Below are positions 32,135-40,100 of a stretch of 64,000 nucleotides of DNA, piece by piece. A program made the position numbers and the translations under genes. The notes beneath the pieces were generated by a model, which made no database searches, was not told the origin of the DNA, and was given only the letters and a program-made list of their open reading frames with translations. This DNA is from a virus. Lineage: Duplodnaviria > Caudoviricetes. The DNA lies in the IMG/VR virus record IMGVR_UViG_3300014206_000007, positions 64,001 through 128,000 of that record; one strand, written 5' to 3'. Positions within the stretch are counted from its first letter, which is position 1; the number at the start of each line of letters is the position of its first letter.

Positions 32135-33164
32135 TTACCACCCTTCTCGCTTCTTTTATACTAACTTTAGATTTTATATTTTTATCATAAAAATTATAAC
32201 TATCACTATGTTTTATCCATCCCCAATATGATATAATTGCACAGGCATCTTCATATGATAAGAATGTTTTTTTACTAATTTTACTCATTCTTCTTTTTAT
32301 TCTTAAGGCCGTTTTCTTTCTTAATGTTGTCCTATCATAATAAAACTTGAAACCAAGGAAATCAATTGGTCTATCTTTTACTTTAAATAATTGCCAATTA
32401 TTCTTTAATTTCAAATCTTTAGATATTAAATATTTTTCTATTAAGTCCTTTGCTTTATGTAATTTCTTTTTATTACTATCTAATAATACTATATCATCTA
32501 TATATCTGATATAATATTTAATTTGTATTTCTTCTTTTATATAATGATCTAACTCCTCTAAGAAGAAATTTGCAAACCATTGACTGGTATAATTCCCGAT
32601 AGGTAAGCCTGAATCACTACTATCGATAATTATATCAATCAACCATAAGCAATCATTATCTTTTATTTTATCACGAAACGAGCTTTTTAATAATTCCTTA
32701 TTTATTGATGGAAAATACTTACGTATATCTAATTTTAGACAATATTTTGTTCCCTTATAATCATTATGTAACCATTTTTCAATACTTCTCTTTCCTAAAT
32801 CAATACCTCTTTCTGGTATACTTCCACAGTTATATTCATACATCCCTCGCATCATGATTGGTTCAATTTGTAACATTAATGCCCAGTGCATAATTTGATC
32901 TGGATAAAATTGTGGTTTATATATAGTTCTTTCTTTACCACTACTACCATCAAGTATTGTCTTGATTTTATATGGAGATGGAATGTATTCTTTATTTTTT
33001 AATAATGTTTGAATTTCTCTTGCATAATAATCAATATTATTTAAAATTTTCATTACATACTTTTTATGTCTCTTTCCTAAGGATGCTTTTAATATAGCAT
33101 TTTTAATATTGTCAATATCACAGATATTTTCATAAATATATCCTACCCGTTTCACATTCATCAT
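32082..33164 (-). CDS. DGR reverse transcriptase
   Basis: GKER, LKLDIRKYFPSI, DGR-type GLPIGNYTSQWFAN, catalytic YIRYIDD, IDFLGF; 360 aa; adjacent TR/VR pair. Confidence 0.95.
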   Translation of the reverse strand: MMNVKRVGYIYENICDIDNIKNAILKASLGKRHKKYVMKILNNIDYYAREIQTLLKNKEYIPSPYKIKTILDGSSGKERTIYKPQFYPDQIMHWALMLQIEPIMMRGMYEYNCGSIPERGIDLGKRSIEKWLHNDYKGTKYCLKLDIRKYFPSINKELLKSSFRDKIKDNDCLWLIDIIIDSSDSGLPIGNYTSQWFANFFLEELDHYIKEEIQIKYYIRYIDDIVLLDSNKKKLHKAKDLIEKYLISKDLKLKNNWQLFKVKDRPIDFLGFKFYYDRTTLRKKTALRIKRRMSKISKKTFLSYEDACAIISYWGWIKHSDSYNFYDKNIKSKVSIKEARRVVSEYAKSYGKIEEIWAIA

Positions 33165-33289
33165 TCTTTCTTATTGTTTTATTGCTAACCTCATAGTGTT
33201 TCGAAAATTAACCTACTAAACCATGCTCTTTTCGGTCTAATTTTTAGCTAGAGCTAAGGAAGATAAAGTACAACAAAATTTGCAATATA
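33165..33289 (-). ncRNA. DGR RNA spacer between TR and RT (structured)
   Basis: sense ttagc-tcta-gctaa hairpin (33244-33257) and catggt...actatg pairing around ttagtagg/cgaaa. Confidence 0.55.
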
Positions 33290-33399
33290 TAAGAAGACGG
33301 CCCCCGATATTCACATTCGTGTTCGAGGAAGAATTATTCAGATTCCAATAGAAAAGCCCCGCATTCGAGCCATTATTCCAATTCCCACCCACATGGGCA
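33290..33399 (-). repeat. DGR template repeat (TR)
   Basis: 110-bp copy of the VR; 10 mismatches, all at TR adenines (T on + strand); 10 AAY codons. Confidence 0.95.
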
Positions 33400-33457
33400 C
33401 CGCGTACCTTAAATCCCTATATTATTTATTAATTTTGTTTATATAAAAATAATAAAT

Positions 33458-33485
33458 TGTGGAAGGAGAGGTTTCTCCTTCCACA
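33458..33485. promoter_or_regulatory. hairpin/cruciform downstream of the VR (candidate DGR target-recognition element)
   Basis: tgtggaaggaga-ggtt-tctccttccaca: 12-bp stem, 4-nt loop, 8 nt after the target stop codon. Confidence 0.75.
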
Positions 33486-33493
33486 CCATCCTC

Positions 33494-35194
33494 TCAAAGA
33501 GCCTTTTTAAGAAGACGGCCCCCGACATACACATTCGTGTTCGAGGAAGAAATATTCAGATTCCAATAGAAAAGCCCCGCATCCGAGCCATCACACCAAG
33601 GCCCACCCACACGGGCAATTCTCTGACCAAGTGATTGATAGTAATTATCACTATAGTATGTACTAGCTGACCCTCCCACTTCTACTGGAAATTGAATATA
33701 GGGAATATTTGGATCAAATCCCAATTTCTTCACATATCCATCAATATTAGAATTCATATATCCAACCTGTTTGTATGGAGCAGTAAATATATTACTAGCA
33801 TAGTTTCTAGCATCTTCACAAACCCATGCCTGATTATCATTGATATTTACTCCATCTACAAATTGCCATATGTCTCCAAATAATGATTCAATTTCGTGCC
33901 AAACAAATGGATGTTTGCCACTAGTTTTCGAATTAATAGACCCTACAGAAGAAACTATATTATTAGAAAAACCATTCTTATATCCTGTATTATATAAAAT
34001 ATTCCCAGCTGTAATATTAACTACAGGACCATCGAATACAATTGCCTTATTTTCTACATCATATACTTGTATATCAGTAATATTTCTACCATAAAATATT
34101 TGATTTCCACCTAATGATGTACCAACTGAGATAGCTTGCCCTATTTCATAATTATTAGCAACTGAGTTAGATACAATAATTCTATTTGTATCAATTTCTG
34201 TAATAATTGCTATATGTGAGGCACTATATTGTCCGGATGTATAACCAGCAACTATACTTTGACTATGCAAGGTAGCTTGCTCAATAACAAATAATGTTTG
34301 TAATAAATCCCATGTATGAATATCTAACTGTTGATATTCATTTCCATTATTTTTTGCATAGGTTCTAAAATTTACTATAGTTTTATTAATTAATGGATAT
34401 TTACCGGGTTTACTTTCTAGTTTAGTGCCATCATCACTAAGAGATGCCTTATGTTTACCTACATCGATATAATCTAATTCCTTATTATTTACAAAATCCC
34501 AAAAACACCAAGGTAGATATGATCCATCAAATTTTTTTCTTGATATTTTTCTCGAAAATAATTCAGTTGTATCTGATTTTTTAATATACATTTTTGGAAT
34601 TCTAATAAATACATTACCATATTTATCAGTAACTTCTCTGAAATCTTTAAAGATGCCAGATATATCCATACTATTATCAACAATTTCACTATTAATACCA
34701 ACATTTACAATAGCCCCAATGGATCGATCAGTCCTAGTTAATACTGGATTAGATGTCTTATCCCACTGCACACCATATATATATGAATCAGTTAATGTTG
34801 CAGAATATAATGCGCTTACCTTATTTACTAAATCTTTGATTTTTTCATTTGTGGTATAAGTTGCCTCAGCAGTAAATTTATCAGATGATAATGCATTTGT
34901 AGACAATACAATTGCACCACCTCCATATTCAATAGTAAAACCAGTAGTAATTGCAATCCCATTTTTCTTTATAATTGGAGCGGGATTTTCTACCCAATTT
35001 CTTTTACCTAATGGCGCTTGGAATATTCTATATCTATTAGTAGGTGAGATATATACTTCAGATAATTGAATATTTGGATCTGTCATAGTTGTTAAATTAA
35101 ATCCATCCTCTATCTTTCCTAGAGATTCTTGCATCCCAGATATATGTGGTGAAATAACCTTAGATGTTTGTGGATCTTGCCAATTTGTTTTCAT
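33494..35194 (-). CDS. DGR target: tail fibre/receptor-binding protein with C-terminal C-type-lectin (FGE-like) fold
   Basis: IESLFGDIWQFVDG and RVGG.W..GS.AGLF.W.......N..VGGRL C-terminal motifs; contains the VR. Confidence 0.85.
   Translation of the reverse strand: MKTNWQDPQTSKVISPHISGMQESLGKIEDGFNLTTMTDPNIQLSEVYISPTNRYRIFQAPLGKRNWVENPAPIIKKNGIAITTGFTIEYGGGAIVLSTNALSSDKFTAEATYTTNEKIKDLVNKVSALYSATLTDSYIYGVQWDKTSNPVLTRTDRSIGAIVNVGINSEIVDNSMDISGIFKDFREVTDKYGNVFIRIPKMYIKKSDTTELFSRKISRKKFDGSYLPWCFWDFVNNKELDYIDVGKHKASLSDDGTKLESKPGKYPLINKTIVNFRTYAKNNGNEYQQLDIHTWDLLQTLFVIEQATLHSQSIVAGYTSGQYSASHIAIITEIDTNRIIVSNSVANNYEIGQAISVGTSLGGNQIFYGRNITDIQVYDVENKAIVFDGPVVNITAGNILYNTGYKNGFSNNIVSSVGSINSKTSGKHPFVWHEIESLFGDIWQFVDGVNINDNQAWVCEDARNYASNIFTAPYKQVGYMNSNIDGYVKKLGFDPNIPYIQFPVEVGGSASTYYSDNYYQSLGQRIARVGGPWCDGSDAGLFYWNLNISSSNTNVYVGGRLLKKAL
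33508..33617 (-). repeat. DGR variable repeat (VR)
   Basis: encodes ARVGGPWCDGSDAGLFYWNLNISSSNTNVYVGGRLL versus TR AHVGGNWNNGSNAGLFYWNLNNSSSNTNVNIGGRLL. Confidence 0.95.
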
Positions 35195-35244
35195 ATTTAT
35201 CCCTTCTTTCTTATTATTGAATATATTATATGATATTTATAAAT

Positions 35245-35256
35245 TATTTATTTGTT
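35245..35256 (-). promoter_or_regulatory. AR9-type late promoter motif upstream of the DGR target
   Basis: AACA-aataaa-TA. Confidence 0.55.
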
Positions 35257-35284
35257 TTAATAGTATTTTTATGAAGGAAACTAT

Positions 35285-35482
35285 CTATTGAAAATATGGA
35301 GAATGACAACAACCTAGTCTATTATTATAATTTCGATAATAATCTACACTTTTAATTGTACAGGTATCATATAAATCTCCCATAGGAGATTCGACTCCAT
35401 AAAATTCTTTTATGTTTTTATTGTTATACTCTAATAATTTCATTCTATTAGTACTTAATAAGTCATTAATTAAATTATCCAT
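35285..35482 (-). CDS. small hypothetical protein
   Basis: ORF with RBS; AACA-N6-TA at 35516-35527. Confidence 0.45.
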   Translation of the reverse strand: MDNLINDLLSTNRMKLLEYNNKNIKEFYGVESPMGDLYDTCTIKSVDYYRNYNNRLGCCHSPYFQ

Positions 35483-35542
35483 AGTATTATTTTCCTTTCT
35501 TATTCTTTAATATATTAAAAAAGTGTTTTTAATATTATATCT

Positions 35543-35827
35543 TTATAATATATATAATAATAAAGCTAAATAATGAATAATTTGATCTTGCGTATAACTA
35601 ATTATTTTGTATCTTGATTTAAGTGAATCGATTACTATATGTATACAAAATATGTATAGTAGAATAGTATTTATTCCAAATAATATTGCAAAAGGAATAC
35701 AATATGTTACACAATGCACAAATAAATGATACCAATTCTCTCCTTTAGTAGTAGCAATAAATTCAGTTGAAAGAATATAATCGCCAATTATATGGCACAT
35801 AATTAATATTACTATTTTTTCTATCAT
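35543..35827 (-). CDS. small membrane protein (DUF3307-like)
   Basis: H..GDY.L, H...Y, H..ID..K and DQ..H motifs. Confidence 0.65.
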   Translation of the reverse strand: MIEKIVILIMCHIIGDYILSTEFIATTKGENWYHLFVHCVTYCIPFAILFGINTILLYIFCIHIVIDSLKSRYKIISYTQDQIIHYLALLLYIL

Positions 35828-35896
35828 TTATATTCATCTCCTTTATATATTTTAAAGTCATTATAGAATAAAATCTATAATGACTTTAATTTTTAT

Positions 35897-36820
35897 TTAT
35901 ACATATTTAATATAGTTAGATGATACATATGCTACGCCACTTCCATACACTATCTTAGCCCAACCATTAGATACCGAAATTACATATACTGTAGTATTCT
36001 TTGTAAATACACTTAAGGATTTATATCCTGCTCCAGGTCCACTTCTAACGTTTAATCCCCATGCAGTAACTATAGCTTTCCTCTGAGGAGTTTTATTTTC
36101 AGTAGTTAAATTCTTTTTAGTATAAACCATAAATGCTGTACCAATAGCTCTTTCTGAACCACCAGATGGTTTATTTACAATTGCATTATTAACTATCATT
36201 TCAGATGACCCACCACCATCTAAATTAGCAGCAGTAACACATCCTAAACTCTTCATTAATTCTGCAGATTGATATATAGTAATTCCAGCATTAGTTAAAC
36301 TTCTACCATCAGCTACTACCCATACAATAGTATCATCAGCTTTTTGTCCTATTAGGGTTCTTGGGTTTTTAGTTGTTGGATGACCAAATACTTTCTTTAA
36401 TGTTTCTATTGAGAAAGTATAGTTTATTTCACCATCAACTATTAATGTCCAAGGAATACCAATAGCAAAATTAGCATCAGTTTGATATTTAACGTGTCTT
36501 GATTGTGGAGCTTGGATTTCAAAACTCATTTTATTATTTTTCCAGAATATTAAAGTTGGATAATAATACATTGAGCTATTGTAATAAAGTCCTTCATCTA
36601 CATATGAGCCAATAAATTCAGATGAACCTCCCATATCAAAGAATCCACCATTTATTTTAGCTAATACATATTCATCATTTTTAGGTTCTCCATTAATCTT
36701 GGATAGTCGTTCCAATTTCTTATAAGCACCAACTGTTACATCTAGTCTAAATTCCTTAGGGTCAAACTCAAATACATGAATGTCAGAACTATATCTTCTT
36801 ATTTTCTTATAACTATACAT
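35897..36820 (-). CDS. phosphodiester glycosidase (NAGPA-family) protein with C-terminal SH3b domain
   Basis: INGGFF, PRTLIG, VADGR, ANLDGGGSS; LNVRSGPG..W..I..YVSSNY. Confidence 0.85.
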   Translation of the reverse strand: MYSYKKIRRYSSDIHVFEFDPKEFRLDVTVGAYKKLERLSKINGEPKNDEYVLAKINGGFFDMGGSSEFIGSYVDEGLYYNSSMYYYPTLIFWKNNKMSFEIQAPQSRHVKYQTDANFAIGIPWTLIVDGEINYTFSIETLKKVFGHPTTKNPRTLIGQKADDTIVWVVADGRSLTNAGITIYQSAELMKSLGCVTAANLDGGGSSEMIVNNAIVNKPSGGSERAIGTAFMVYTKKNLTTENKTPQRKAIVTAWGLNVRSGPGAGYKSLSVFTKNTTVYVISVSNGWAKIVYGSGVAYVSSNYIKYV

Positions 36821-36825
36821 ATTAT

Positions 36826-37140
36826 TTAGTCCCCTTTCTTATTATCAGGATTAAAATATCTAATAAATTTATTATTTTTTCCTACATTAACTTCATCTTC
36901 CATTTTAAGTTCATGTATTCTCTTTATGATATTTTCCGCAAGTTCTTTTTCATCTTCCTTTTTAACATAGTTAAAGAATTTAATTGCTTCTAGAACGTGT
37001 TCTTTATCATTTAATGGATATTTCCTTTGTGATGGTAAACCAAAGTCTTCATCTTTTAAAACATTTCTTTCGGCAGTGGTCATCTTTTCGGTTACTATCA
37101 TTAGACTTTCGCAAGTAGTTATTAGTTTATCTAGTTCCAT
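36826..37140 (-). CDS. small DUF6582-like protein, probably virion
   Basis: ER..L.D..FGLP..RKYPL.DK.HV..AI..FN. Confidence 0.6.
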   Translation of the reverse strand: MELDKLITTCESLMIVTEKMTTAERNVLKDEDFGLPSQRKYPLNDKEHVLEAIKFFNYVKKEDEKELAENIIKRIHELKMEDEVNVGKNNKFIRYFNPDNKKGD

Positions 37141-40100
37141 TTACTTCATCTCCTTTATTAATTTTATTTAGATTACTAAATGCAACTTTCCAATCATATT
37201 TATAGAAATCATCGCCTTCATCTATTTTAATAACATCCTTCAAATATACAAAGTCATTGGGTCTATATAAACTTGGTGATTTATCTATAATTTTTCCAGA
37301 TGATAAAATATCAGCTACAAATCGACTACAGAAATATTTCTTCCGATTTTCATTTGGAAGTTGTACATAATTTAATAGTAATCCTTTTACATCATATCTT
37401 AATTTATTTTCATTCTTAATGAAGAAGTCTAATCTAGATTTCATATTATCTAAGTCTTGTTTAGTCACATAGATTACATATACTGAATAATATGCCTTAA
37501 ATTTAGTAAAGAATCTATCTTTAGGACTATTCGTTACAAAACCAGTTTTTGTCATATCTAAATCTTTTCTTCCAAATGAATATAATGGATTCAATTTAAC
37601 AGAAAATGATATACATGCATGTGAAAACTTATCCTTAGTAACTGCTTTAATTGCATTTGCTAATGCTGTACCACTATGCATTAATACAATAAATATTGGA
37701 AACTTTTTATCATCATCAATTGAAGATTCTAATACAATATCATTAGATTTATCATAATACTCATTTAAAAATTCTACTATGTTTGAATAGAAAGGTAATT
37801 CCTTTGATTCTGAATTAATAGTATATATTTCATCCGATTCGATAGGTAATATACTTTCTAAAGTATTAAAAATACCATCTACTGATTTTTTTATAATATT
37901 CTCATGTAATCTTTTTTTAGAATCTTCTATCATTTCATTATTAATTTTTATACAATCAATTTGCTTAACATTTTTATTTCTTTCAAAAATAATTATTGGT
38001 CTATATGTCCATTCTGCAGCATCGTTATCATCTATTGTAGCATTATATCCATATTCTTTAAGCTCTTTAAAAAATATTTCTCTGTTATATTCAGAATTTA
38101 TTAAAGATGATATAAAAGATATATAACTTTCGTTGCTCATTTTTGTTATGTGTCTATTTTTCCACTCATTCATAAATTTTTCACTATTATTTCTATATTT
38201 TAATGCGGAAATATCTTTCACGACCTTATTAATATCTACTTTTTCCATAACTTTTAGGAAAATATCAAATCGTTCTTTATATGACGGAATTATAATGTCG
38301 TTTGTAACTTCTAAAATTACTTTATATCCTCTATTTCCCCATTCAATTAAATATTTATCATTATCCTCTTTTGTTTTAGATACATAGATATGGCGATTAT
38401 TATTATTTTCATTTCGAGTTAAAGTAAGCCTTTGCAAATGTGCCCCTTTTTGTATTTTAATTTTATCTAATGAATTTTTATTCATTATAAATTCTTCTTG
38501 CGCTATAGATAGCATTTTATTAGTTACTATATCATTCGATTCGATAAATATTGCACTTTCCATTGCCTCAGCAATTCCATCTATTAAATTTTCTTCTTTG
38601 ATTGCACTATCAAACATATCTTGTGACCAGTTTAATATATCAACCATTCTGGTTGCTAAGTTTTTCTTTTCTCCAGTATCAAGAGTTACTAGATATATAT
38701 CCACTTTTGATGATTGACCAATTCTATGAATTCTATCACATGCTTGATCAAAGTCTGTAGATCTCCATGGTGGACCAAAGAAAAACATTTTATTTGCATC
38801 TACTAATGTTACACCAGTACTCATAGTTTGAGAAGTTGCAACTAATACTTGAACCTCATCATCTTCTTTAAATTGAGTAAGGGTATCTGTACGATTAGTT
38901 TTCACATTACCGGTAATTAATAAAGTTTTAATTCCCTGCTCATTTAAATCTTTAGCAATAAATTCTACAACCTTTTCAAATTGAGAAAAGATTATAACTT
39001 TCTTATTATTATTCTCTATCATATCTATTATTTCGTCTTTATTTTCATTATATAATCGAATGAACATTTCTGAACGTCTAGGATGAATTACTTTTCCTAT
39101 AGCTAAGCCCATTGCAGACCTATCCATATGAATAAATTCTTTCTCTAATCTATCCACTCGTTTAAAATCATTAGCATTATTTATATTAGGTTTTACATAA
39201 GTTGGCACAAAGGATTTCATAAATGCCATATCTAATTCATGTAGATATGTTTGAGCATCAGTATTTATATTCTTTTTAACCCACTTAATATATTTTGCAG
39301 TATCAGATTCACTTGCTCTGGAATATTTGTTAATAAAATTAATATATTCCTGTTGTAAATCCATATTACTCTTCATTTTTTCCTCATATATTCCATAGAA
39401 GAGTGTTATTATTTCTTCTTTACAGTTTGATACTGTATACTTTTCTGAATCAGATAATTTAAAACTTAGCTGATGAATTTCTTTATCTGGTAATGATAGT
39501 TCACTCTTCGTTTTTCTATACATAACCATACCAAATCTCTTCTGTACAATTTCCATTGCTGCAGTGCTACTAATATTAAAGCATTTAGTATAGATTTCGG
39601 CAGCTTCTATTGTAAATAATGGGTCAATCATTAATAATGCTGGTACAATTTCATTTGGAATTGCCTTAATAGGAGTACCTGACATAATTAAATTATCATC
39701 ACTATTTATTTTCCTAACAAGGTCAAGCAATTCTCCAACACGTTGACCATTGATATTTCTAAAATTATGAGATTCGTCTAATATAAACATTGATTTCTTC
39801 TCATCTGTAATATATGGATACATCTTGGATATTGATTCGTTGTTAGTAATAATAAATCTTGCTTTTGATATTTCTCTTGGATTATTATCACAAATTACAA
39901 CTTCTTGTCTCCATAATTCATCATTATTCATATATTTATTATAGTATTCTTTAATTTCTAAAGCCCAGTTATCTTTTAGTGTATTAGGGCATACAATATA
40001 TATTCTTTTAGCATCTAAGCATTCAGCTAACCCAATAGCAGTTAAGGTCTTTCCTAATCCCTGCTCAAATGCATTTATATATCCTCTTAGATTTAATTTA

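Noticed and set aside
32082-33164. RT as a group II intron, retron or defence-associated RT
   Set aside because: The SQ motif, small size, lack of maturase or endonuclease domains and an adjacent adenine-specific TR/VR pair identify it as a DGR RT
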